64,000 nt of DNA, taken from Halobacteriovoraceae bacterium. GTDB taxonomy: Bacteria > Bdellovibrionota > Bacteriovoracia > Bacteriovoracales > Bacteriovoracaceae. Position 1 is the stretch's first letter, and each line of letters begins with the position of its first letter. A model generated the notes under the pieces. It was not told the origin of the DNA. It saw only the letters and a program-made list of their open reading frames with translations, and did no database searches. Shown here piece after piece: positions 34,442-43,503 of this stretch. A program made the translations under genes and the position numbers. The stretch lies in NCBI GenBank assembly GCA_963719505.1, contig CAVRCF010000002.1:64001-128000 (forward strand), written 5' to 3'.

Positions 34442-37077
34442 TAGTCGATCACCGTGAAAGAGAAATTAATGACTTTAAACGGAGCCTCTCCAGCAAAATC
34501 AAAATTCATAAAATCTTCCCCTGTATTATTGGTGTTATAACAGTCTTGGCAGTTAGAGAAACGAACTCTAAAACGACAGTTAAAGACGGTTCCTGGTTGA
34601 ATCCACTTATTGACTTCCATTGCGACAAAAGAATTACTATTGAGTTGAGCGATACCATCTTCACGGTTCGCACTAATAGTTTCAGTCCATGTTTTTTGAG
34701 GATCTATTTTTCCGTAAGTGGCTTGATTGGCCCCTGGAAGGACTCTAATAAGACACTCATTTGGATTAAAATCAAGTCCTACTCCACCACCAGTTGGGTT
34801 CGAATTGAGGCACTCAGAATCACTTAATCCAATATTTGATCTGTGTTCATCTTGTGAAATCCATCTCGTCTCATTAGCGGCACTTGATTGAACCATACAA
34901 ATTGGTTGAGGTGCATCGAGATCATATCTTGGCGAAGGTGATGGACCTGTTAAAGAAGACTCTTCAAAAACTTTATTTGTTCTCGTTGGAAATTCACATC
35001 CCGACTGAACTTGGTTTGCATAATTACTTTGAGGGGTATAAACAACACCACCTTCCGTGTCTAGAGGCCATCCACCAATTTGACAAGGCTCCCATACCGC
35101 TATTTCAGTTGGGTTTGTGGATAAGTTTTCAGATCTATTGATATACCTTTTCGAGGTATCTTTTAATTGCATATGGTCCCAGTCATTACCAAGAATTTGC
35201 ACTCCAGCCATGGTGGAGTTGGAGTTATTAACAAGGTTTAGTGCAATGGCCACAACCTCGCCCGGACTAATTTGGACATTTCCATTATTATACCTTGGAT
35301 CAGCAAGTTCTTCCGAAAGCTGAACGGGTTTCCCTTCAAAAGTTAACTGGTTTAAAAAGTCTCTAATACCACTTTGAGAGTCAACAACGAAAGCCGTTGC
35401 ACGACTATCGGTGGGAAGACCAATGAGAGTCTTTGAAACTAAAACGGAGTTTGTTCTATTGGCCTCGTTAACAAAAGTTGCCGTGGTATTGGCATTGAAG
35501 GTGTCGAGACCTCCGATATTTGTCCCATCAACCATATTGTAAGTTGTCACAGGGGAGTTTGGAAAATTTTGATTAATCCCTCGTCCTGTATCGTTGTATG
35601 ATTTAAAAATGAGTAGACCATAGGAATCCAGTAGTGCTTCTGAGTCATCAATACTAAATTCAGGACAAAGATCTTCGGAGACATAATATTTAATATTTTT
35701 TGCCATCGTCTTAAAGAATCGTCGAAAGTTTATAGGATTAACCTGTTGAGACCAAAGAAAAGCTTCTTCAGCATTTAGGTTGGTAAAGTAGATAGGCGAG
35801 AGTCCACCACCCACAAAAAATGGATTAAGGTAGTCTGACCCTCTTGCCGTCATGTCTCCAAGTTCAGCGAATGTTTCTGATAAAAGAAGAATTCCTACAT
35901 GTCTGGCTTTTGTATGTCTTTCCGTTGTGCTTAAGCCACTCATCATACTACATCTGTCTTTTAACTCTTGAGTCAAAGTAACGAGGTAGTGAGAGACTAT
36001 TTGTCCGGCGTTGTGGATATCCTCTAATGCGTTTAGGGGATCATCGGCCATGTAGTGAATATATTCTGGGTATCTGAGCTTTGCTGGGATACGGCCTTGA
36101 TGTTGAACTTCTGCTTCACTCATGGGTCTTGCTTGCTCTTTTGCGGCCCATTCACCTATGACTTTTCTATTTGTAGTGAGATAGGAAAAGTAGTCAGCGA
36201 CACCTTCATTTATTGATCCCGCCTCGTCGTAGAAAAGTTCTCCAAGGTCACTTTCAAAAGGAGTTTTCTCTAAAGAGAAACCATTGGTGTATTGATTTCT
36301 AAGATTCATCATGATGCGAACAAAAGCGTGTCCCATTTCGTGATAAATAATTGAGGGGTCTTGAACGAATCGAAGATTGGGATGAGTTTGAGCATTCCAA
36401 CCTAGGCAGACTTCATTTTTTGATGGATCATAAAAAGCATTTAGCTGTTCTAAATAGCATCTTGAATAAACTTGAAGAGTGCTGTTGGGATCATTTTCTG
36501 AATATGTCCAAAAGTTTAAATTTTGACCAAGTCTAAAGGGACTTGCTGGAGGGATATTCACTCCAAATCTATTGTGAACAAAATCTCTAGAAAAAGCGAG
36601 AGACTTCATAAATTCAGTTTGTATTTTAGAGACGTGATAAAAAGCGTTCACTTGATAGAACTGATCCGAGTCTGTTGGATATGTCCAGCTTGTTCCATTT
36701 TTTTGGATGAGGCTTGAGTTTGCAACCCCTCTATCATTTTTAACTTCTATACAGTTATTAAGTGTTGTAAATGTTGTTCCATTTTCTACAAAACCACATT
36801 TTTTTGTTAGATAGAAATTATCTGTTATGAATGCTGGTGTTAAAACATCACTCCACTTCGGAGTCGTAAGATTTGTATTGTTATTTAAAATAATAGGGTT
36901 GGCTGTATAGATATTTGCACCATTTACAACTCCTGAACTTGAAGAATCGGAACGCACACTTGTAGATTTAGCTTGAGTTGGATTCTCACACGAAGAAAAA
37001 AGAGTAGGGAGAACGAGTATGCAAACAAGTGCATATAGTTTTCCCCTTAATGTTTTTGTCCAATCCCGTAGACTCAT
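34441..37077 (-). CDS. Lipoprotein Zn-metallopeptidase, thermolysin/fungalysin (M4/M36)-like
   Basis: Lipobox LFSSC; NAFY; YHEMGH (HExxH); GSINEGVADYF (third ligand); DIHNAGQI. Confidence 0.8.
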   Translation of the reverse strand: MSLRDWTKTLRGKLYALVCILVLPTLFSSCENPTQAKSTSVRSDSSSSGVVNGANIYTANPIILNNNTNLTTPKWSDVLTPAFITDNFYLTKKCGFVENGTTFTTLNNCIEVKNDRGVANSSLIQKNGTSWTYPTDSDQFYQVNAFYHVSKIQTEFMKSLAFSRDFVHNRFGVNIPPASPFRLGQNLNFWTYSENDPNSTLQVYSRCYLEQLNAFYDPSKNEVCLGWNAQTHPNLRFVQDPSIIYHEMGHAFVRIMMNLRNQYTNGFSLEKTPFESDLGELFYDEAGSINEGVADYFSYLTTNRKVIGEWAAKEQARPMSEAEVQHQGRIPAKLRYPEYIHYMADDPLNALEDIHNAGQIVSHYLVTLTQELKDRCSMMSGLSTTERHTKARHVGILLLSETFAELGDMTARGSDYLNPFFVGGGLSPIYFTNLNAEEAFLWSQQVNPINFRRFFKTMAKNIKYYVSEDLCPEFSIDDSEALLDSYGLLIFKSYNDTGRGINQNFPNSPVTTYNMVDGTNIGGLDTFNANTTATFVNEANRTNSVLVSKTLIGLPTDSRATAFVVDSQSGIRDFLNQLTFEGKPVQLSEELADPRYNNGNVQISPGEVVAIALNLVNNSNSTMAGVQILGNDWDHMQLKDTSKRYINRSENLSTNPTEIAVWEPCQIGGWPLDTEGGVVYTPQSNYANQVQSGCEFPTRTNKVFEESSLTGPSPSPRYDLDAPQPICMVQSSAANETRWISQDEHRSNIGLSDSECLNSNPTGGGVGLDFNPNECLIRVLPGANQATYGKIDPQKTWTETISANREDGIAQLNSNSFVAMEVNKWIQPGTVFNCRFRVRFSNCQDCYNTNNTGEDFMNFDFAGEAPFKVINFSFTVID

Positions 37078-37106
37078 TTTAATCCTTTAATCTTACGTAC
37101 AACTTA

Positions 37107-40100
37107 TTACATACCAAAAGCGAACGGGTTATTACCAGCAAGTGCTCGTCCACCCTGTTCACCTAATTGCATTAAACTTTTTCCAACTCCGTTATCCATT
37201 GTTGCATTACATGCGGCTATAGAGACGCCACCCATGTCGGAAAGCATGCTTTGTTCTAGCTCAACTTTTTGTTGTGCTTTAATCATATCAACAGCAATTA
37301 AAGATTCATCGTCGTCTGAGATATCTCTTTTACACTCATTCGAAGTATTACTAACTTTATAGAAATCTTTTGTTAATTGCTCATCACCTAAGACTTTTGT
37401 ATAGTATGCACTGATGTGTGGAATCGCATCTTCATCACTCTTAATGGGATTATATCTTCCTAAGTCATTACAGGCTTCACCTGAATTTAGTTTGGGCGAT
37501 ATATCATCATTTATTCCAGTACAGAACCCATCTTTTTTCAAATTATTCTTAGCAAACTGAGTGAACTCAGGTGAGTCTTTTTTTATGTCTACTGGTTTGC
37601 CCTTTATACAAATTTGACTTAAATTGTCTTTGTGAATAGCAACTAGGCGTGTACAAGCTGGAAAATCTCCATTTGCTTTACAAAATTTGTCAATAGATGT
37701 TCCTTTGACTGTTTTAGTACTGTTTGATCCCGTAGAGTCATGAGTATTTCCGCTTTGTGATCCATAGGCATCACAAACTCTTTCAAAAGCTCCAATGTTT
37801 TTTACTGCAACTTGATCGACAGAGGATGTTATATCTGCAACTTCATCTGCAAGCTCGCTTGTTTTCCCACAAAAACCAGCTGGATGCTCGTTAAAATCAT
37901 CGATTTTTCTACAAGCTGTAACGAGTTTCTTATTATACTCATCAGTCGCTTCATTCTCTTTTGCAATCGCATCAGAAGTTTCTTTATTATATCTATTGAT
38001 AAGAGCTAAACAGTCATTAGCTGACTTGTTCCATAACTTTTTCTCATTAGCCATGTTCTCTTTGTATTTTTTTACTTCACCTAAGACACCATTGAACTTA
38101 GCTCCACTGCTTGGATCTCCGTTCATAAGTTCTCTGTGGTTATCTTCAACTTGTTTTTTTAAATTCTTAATATCGTCTTTTACAAGCTTGAGGTAAACAT
38201 CTGGATCTTCTAATTGTAGTGCAGGGTCGTAGCCTTCGCCTTTCATGAACTTATTAGTTAACATATCTAGTTTAAGATCAACTGGAGCTTTAAAGACAGT
38301 ACCCACTTGATACATTCCATCAAGTTGTCTCGCACTTGCTTCCATTGCTGCATTTGCAACAACAAATTGTTGTGCCATTTTCTTCTTTAGACCTTCCATA
38401 TTTTGCTTGTATCTATCTCCAAGCTTCTTTTGTTCCAATCTTGTTTTATCAACAATCTTGTTGGCTTTGTCCTGACAAGCCAGCATATTATTTGAACAAA
38501 GGTTTGCTGTTCTCACACAAAAGTTTTTACCATTAGTGTTGAGAGCCCCCTGACAGCTGTTTTCTGCGCTACCAGTAGAAGTATCAGATGGACATGTCTC
38601 CATTTGAGTGATGATATCGTTTTTCATTTTTGTAATGAACTTTGCCTGAAGTTGAGCACGATTTGATTTATATTTTTTAAGGCTTTGGATCATCGTTTTA
38701 TATGACTTTCCGTTTGTTACTCTTTGCTTATCAAATCTTTCAACACAATTATCAGCGAAAATCTCAATCATATCACTGGCACGAAGTCTTGTAGATGCTC
38801 CGATTCTTTTTCCTTTGATATTCATCGATTTACCAGTTTTAAAAGTATAACGGTTTGATTCACCATCAGCTTTTTTGATTCTTGCAAGTTTTTCTTCGAT
38901 TGTGTAATCAGAATCATTAAGAATTGCTGAAACAGAGTTTTTAAAATAACTATCACCTTCTTTATTTAATTTCTTAGATACAGTAGGGTCTTCAAGATTA
39001 TTTGCAAAACCGTCAGCACTTCCAAAGTTACTCTTTACATAGTTTGTAAGACATTCGTTTTTCTTACTTCTTTCGAAGTCAAAAAGTGCACTGTCGAGGT
39101 CTATGTCTGCGCTATCGATCGAAGGTATTAATTTTGCCAATTGTTCTTCTTGTCCAACAACGGCAAGAAGATCTTTTTGTAAACTTTTAGCTTCTTGATC
39201 TGCAGCAGACTGTGTGTCAGCTAGAATTGCTTTCAATGAAGCGTTGTCCGGTGAGATTTGAGAAGTACGGAGATTTAAGTTCTCTGGCGATACATTGAGA
39301 GAGTCACTGTCTTGTGCATACTTAGCAGCTCGACTTGCAATTTTTCTAATATCTTTTTTTATGTCCGCAGTTTTAGCGATAAGGTCAGATGGACCCATGC
39401 CTTGTTTAGGACTGACTTCGCCGTCGAGAAGTGTCTGAATGGCAAGAAAGCCTTTTTTCTCGCCTGTTGTCTTAAAAGTATCTTTTCTAAAAATAGAGGC
39501 ACATTGTTTATCTTTGAATTGATCTTCAAACTTAAAGTCTCTTAGATAAGCAGCAGGCTTTCCAGTTAAAAGTGCTTGACCTTTTTTTATATCTTCAAGA
39601 TCTTTTTCAGCGAGCTTTTTAAATGCCTTAACTTGAGATTCAATATCTTGTTCAAGTTTATTTAAGGCTTCCATTCTTGCTTTCAACTGTGCATTAAATT
39701 GCGTTACTGATTTATCAAAACAACCAACACCTTGAGTTGTAAATCTCTGGTTACCTGGAGTTAAAAAGTTTTCTAATTCATTTGAGTTATTTTCAGCAAC
39801 TTCTTGAAGAGCTGTATAGTATCCCATTTGTGCTTTTTGTGGATCGTATTTATTCGGATCACACATATCAGCAGATGTATTTGATCTTGCTTTAATGACG
39901 ATACATCCATTTTGAGTAAACAGAGGAGGTACCTGATTTGGATCTACTTGTTGAATACCAAACTGTGAAGAAAGCTGTTGTCTTTGCATCTGAGACATTT
40001 GTTGCATTTGCATCTGTTGCATTTGCTGTGTATATGCACCACCGACAGTGCCAACAGCATCCATAACGGTACCGAGAACGTTACCTTTTGCGAATCCTGA

Positions 40101-40175
40101 GGTAGGGAGAATGAATTGCAGATTTATGGCCAAGGCAATAAATCTTTTGAGTTTCATTTTCGATGTCTTTTGCAT
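37107..40175 (-). CDS. Large secreted helical Cys-containing hypothetical protein (1022 aa)
   Basis: Signal peptide ending GFA-K; Gln/Met tract; coiled-coil-like segments. Confidence 0.8.
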   Translation of the reverse strand: MQKTSKMKLKRFIALAINLQFILPTSGFAKGNVLGTVMDAVGTVGGAYTQQMQQMQMQQMSQMQRQQLSSQFGIQQVDPNQVPPLFTQNGCIVIKARSNTSADMCDPNKYDPQKAQMGYYTALQEVAENNSNELENFLTPGNQRFTTQGVGCFDKSVTQFNAQLKARMEALNKLEQDIESQVKAFKKLAEKDLEDIKKGQALLTGKPAAYLRDFKFEDQFKDKQCASIFRKDTFKTTGEKKGFLAIQTLLDGEVSPKQGMGPSDLIAKTADIKKDIRKIASRAAKYAQDSDSLNVSPENLNLRTSQISPDNASLKAILADTQSAADQEAKSLQKDLLAVVGQEEQLAKLIPSIDSADIDLDSALFDFERSKKNECLTNYVKSNFGSADGFANNLEDPTVSKKLNKEGDSYFKNSVSAILNDSDYTIEEKLARIKKADGESNRYTFKTGKSMNIKGKRIGASTRLRASDMIEIFADNCVERFDKQRVTNGKSYKTMIQSLKKYKSNRAQLQAKFITKMKNDIITQMETCPSDTSTGSAENSCQGALNTNGKNFCVRTANLCSNNMLACQDKANKIVDKTRLEQKKLGDRYKQNMEGLKKKMAQQFVVANAAMEASARQLDGMYQVGTVFKAPVDLKLDMLTNKFMKGEGYDPALQLEDPDVYLKLVKDDIKNLKKQVEDNHRELMNGDPSSGAKFNGVLGEVKKYKENMANEKKLWNKSANDCLALINRYNKETSDAIAKENEATDEYNKKLVTACRKIDDFNEHPAGFCGKTSELADEVADITSSVDQVAVKNIGAFERVCDAYGSQSGNTHDSTGSNSTKTVKGTSIDKFCKANGDFPACTRLVAIHKDNLSQICIKGKPVDIKKDSPEFTQFAKNNLKKDGFCTGINDDISPKLNSGEACNDLGRYNPIKSDEDAIPHISAYYTKVLGDEQLTKDFYKVSNTSNECKRDISDDDESLIAVDMIKAQQKVELEQSMLSDMGGVSIAACNATMDNGVGKSLMQLGEQGGRALAGNNPFAFGM

Positions 40176-40207
40176 GTTTAATCCTTGTTAAGCATATCTT
40201 CATCTTC

Positions 40208-40234
40208 ATATCGGTATAAACGTTCGAATATTTA
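40208..40234 (-). promoter_or_regulatory. Sigma-28 (FliA)-like promoter
   Basis: TAAA-N15-ACCGATAT upstream of 40175. Confidence 0.65.
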
Positions 40235-40369
40235 ATGTTTGAATGCATTTCCTTAATTTCATTATAAAACCCGACTGAATTGCTCGCAATTAAACATCTC
40301 TAAATCGTTAAATTTCTTGGCAAATCGTACTGGAGAAGTAAACTAAATATAGGGAATTATAAGACTTTT

Positions 40370-42700
40370 TTGGTTGAGGATAAGATTATTAAGAATCTGT
40401 TTAAGAAAAAATCTGTGCCTCAAAATGATGGCGCTAAAGATGCGCAATCTGATTTTGAAGGCGACTATATCGATAAATTTTATTTATCCTTTCCTCGTTT
40501 GGACGGAGAGCCCACTTATCTTTTAGATGAGAGCTTAAGCGTCGGAAGTGAGGTTGGATCAGTAGTTCTGGATCATCCGTCCATTTCTCCTAAGCATTGC
40601 ACCATAACTCTTAATCAAGATGTAATCTCGATATTGGACCATGGATCAATGGAGGGGACGTTCATAAATAAAAAGAAAATTCAGCCATCTCGTTTTTACA
40701 TTCTCCAAGATAAAGATAAGTTAAAGATGGGAGATCTAGAGTTTACGGTCTCAAAAATTCCGACACCCGTTTTCTCTGAGTCAGAGGTAAAGCCGATGAA
40801 GGTTGAAGAGGAAACTCTTGAGATCTCTGAGGATGAACTTTTAGGCCCTCCAGATATTCCAGAAGATGCTACACAAGTAACAAGATTGATGACAAAAGAA
40901 GAGGCCACAGTTGAGGTTGCGCCAGTTCAAGAAGTTGTCGATGTTGATATAGAAGGTGAGAAAGAATTAGTCTTTGAAGATGAATTGGATGAGTCTGATG
41001 AGCCAGAGCCTCAAAAGAATGCTTCAGTTAAAGCTGGGGGAGGCATAAAACTTAGAGACTTATCAAATAGTACAGTTGTTTTTAAAGTTGGAAAAAGAAA
41101 AGCTTTGAATGCTCTTGTAAGAGTTCTGGCCATCTTTTGTGAGTTTTTAATAGTCGTCATTACCCTAAAATTTACTGGTATAGATCCTGCACTTGTTGAA
41201 TTATCAAAAGATGTTTACCAAAAAATAGGAAGCGTGGTTACACCTCTTTACGTTGAGCACTTACAAGCTGTTGTCAATGAAGTCATCGTCGACGTTCCTG
41301 CACTGAAAGTTATTTGTAATGAGCTACTAAAGGCGGTAGGGTCACTTGAAGTTTTTGGTCTTGGTGTCTTTTTATTTTTTAGTGTCAGAATTTTAACGAC
41401 TCTTATTTTTGGTGTGAGTATAGGGCAATTTCTTTTAGGAGGAAAAGCTACCAATGGTCAACTCATGAGGAGATTACTAGGATTCTTAAGAGAGATTATA
41501 GGGATTATAACATTCCCATTTTTTTACTTTTTCGACGTGACAACTTTATTTTCTAGAAGATCTTTTAAGGAGATTATTTCTCTGACTTTGGTTCAACCTT
41601 CAGGAAAAATAAAGACTATTTTCCTAATTATTTTATTTATCCCACTTCTTATTTCATTGTACCTAGTAACCCCAATGTTGGAGGGACTAGAATTAAAGCC
41701 TGAAATAAGCACAAACTTTACTCCCTATCTTTTAAAACAAAAAGAAGTGAAAAGTGATGTTTCCAGTGTCTATTTTGGAATAGAAGGAAGTTTCCCTGAA
41801 AGCTTTCTCTTTCCTGAGTTTGAAATTAAAAGAAACGGTCAAAAAAGAAGTTTACTTGCAAAAATGAATATCGTTTCAAAAGAGACTGGAAAGTCTAGCG
41901 AAGTAAAGATTCTAAAACGATTTTCATTGAGAGAACTTTTAAAAACTTCGGTAGAAGGAAACTTTTTGGCCAGCCAGAAGTATCCCCTTATCTTTTCTGC
42001 ATCCCATGATGTCGCTTACTCAAATTCAAACTTTAAAGGTAATTCTTTTGCAAATAAAGATCTCTATAGTGAAGTTTTGGAGATTACGAAAGCCTCAATG
42101 CAACTGACCTTTGAGAGTTTACCAAATCATATTATCGAGCAAGGACCATTTCTTTCTGGCTTTGTTGAATACAGAAAAAGTTTAGAGAATTTAACAGGGG
42201 CACCCATTATACAGGTTTCAAATCTCATGATTGGTAAAACACCTCTTCTCGTTTTGAAATCATCTAGAGGGATTCTCTTTTTTAGATTAGATAGTCCGCA
42301 AGTAGATCTCTATGAAACCTCCTTTAGAGACCTTAATGAATTTTCTTCAGGCTTTAGTCAGATTTCATTTTCTAAAGTTGGTCCTAGTGACTTAGGCGGA
42401 GAATTTTCAAGTTTCACGGCAATAGACTTTTTCACAAATCCTAAAAAAATAAGTAGAGACTTCTTTCAGCTTTATTATAGCTTTCTCTATCGTAAAGGTG
42501 CAGAGGTCTTAGGAAATGGGAATAAGTTAATAGAAAAAAAGTATAAGCAAAGCCTTGAGAGTATTTTGCAAGCTGTGAGAATATTAAAAAGAGAGGACTC
42601 TGAAAAATTCATTCAAAACCTCTCTGATCTTATCAATGCGATCAATCAAAATGATCAAAACTTTTTTGCTATTCCAGATAACCAGAAAGTGAGTGTCTAG
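40370..42700 (+). CDS. FHA-domain membrane protein with acidic linker, RDD-like TM region and large C-terminal domain
   Basis: ISPKHC and DHGSMEGTFIN FHA-like motifs; several TM helices; start uncertain (TTG). Confidence 0.7.
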   Translation: MVEDKIIKNLFKKKSVPQNDGAKDAQSDFEGDYIDKFYLSFPRLDGEPTYLLDESLSVGSEVGSVVLDHPSISPKHCTITLNQDVISILDHGSMEGTFINKKKIQPSRFYILQDKDKLKMGDLEFTVSKIPTPVFSESEVKPMKVEEETLEISEDELLGPPDIPEDATQVTRLMTKEEATVEVAPVQEVVDVDIEGEKELVFEDELDESDEPEPQKNASVKAGGGIKLRDLSNSTVVFKVGKRKALNALVRVLAIFCEFLIVVITLKFTGIDPALVELSKDVYQKIGSVVTPLYVEHLQAVVNEVIVDVPALKVICNELLKAVGSLEVFGLGVFLFFSVRILTTLIFGVSIGQFLLGGKATNGQLMRRLLGFLREIIGIITFPFFYFFDVTTLFSRRSFKEIISLTLVQPSGKIKTIFLIILFIPLLISLYLVTPMLEGLELKPEISTNFTPYLLKQKEVKSDVSSVYFGIEGSFPESFLFPEFEIKRNGQKRSLLAKMNIVSKETGKSSEVKILKRFSLRELLKTSVEGNFLASQKYPLIFSASHDVAYSNSNFKGNSFANKDLYSEVLEITKASMQLTFESLPNHIIEQGPFLSGFVEYRKSLENLTGAPIIQVSNLMIGKTPLLVLKSSRGILFFRLDSPQVDLYETSFRDLNEFSSGFSQISFSKVGPSDLGGEFSSFTAIDFFTNPKKISRDFFQLYYSFLYRKGAEVLGNGNKLIEKKYKQSLESILQAVRILKREDSEKFIQNLSDLINAINQNDQNFFAIPDNQKVSV

Positions 42701-42702
42701 AA

Positions 42703-43503
42703 ATGTCTAATTTATGGGCCGTTATATACGGCTTCATTCAAGGTATTTCTGAGTTCTTACCAGTGAGTTCATCTGGACATCTAGCGCTTTTGCCTAAGTT
42801 TTTTAATATTTCTGATCCAGGTGTCATCTTCGATTTAGTCATGCATCTAGGAACAGCTTTTGCTGTTATTATTTATTACCATAAAGATATTAAAAAACTG
42901 TTAGTAGAGTTTGTGACGATTGTTAAGGAACGAAGTTTGAGAACTGGTTTCTTTTTTCAAAACTTTACTCTGGCCACCTTTTGTTCATTTCTTTTTATCT
43001 TACTCATAAAAAACTTTGCTTTAGAGTTTGGAAGAACGGGAACGCTCATTGGTGCCAATTTAATCTTTTTTGGCATTCTCATGTTTTTGAGTGACTTAAA
43101 AAAAGAAGATAAGACGATAAGTTTAGTAGAAGATAGAAATTATCTTAAAGCAATAATCATAGGTATGAGTCAAAGCTTTGCTATCTTTCCTGGAGTCAGT
43201 CGATCTGGGATAACATTAACTTCCGCACGATTTATGCGTCTTTCTCGCTTAGAAGCAAGTCGTTTCTCTTTTCTATTGTCTCTTCCAATCATTTTAGGAA
43301 GTATTGCGTATAAGCTACCTGATATCCTTAGTGGACAGGCTGTTAATGTCGACTTATCTGTTATATTGATTGGCATAGTCAGTTCATTTCTATTTGGTAT
43401 TTTGACGATTCATTTCTTTTTAAAAGTAATCTCAAAAATGGGACTTTGGATATTTGCCCTGTACAGGGTGATAATCGGTTTGCTGGTGTGGTATATTCTC
43501 TAG
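42703..43503 (+). CDS. uppP: Undecaprenyl-diphosphate phosphatase
   Basis: QGISEFLPVSSSGH, PGVSRSGIT, FSFLLSLP. Confidence 0.95.
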   Translation: MSNLWAVIYGFIQGISEFLPVSSSGHLALLPKFFNISDPGVIFDLVMHLGTAFAVIIYYHKDIKKLLVEFVTIVKERSLRTGFFFQNFTLATFCSFLFILLIKNFALEFGRTGTLIGANLIFFGILMFLSDLKKEDKTISLVEDRNYLKAIIIGMSQSFAIFPGVSRSGITLTSARFMRLSRLEASRFSFLLSLPIILGSIAYKLPDILSGQAVNVDLSVILIGIVSSFLFGILTIHFFLKVISKMGLWIFALYRVIIGLLVWYIL

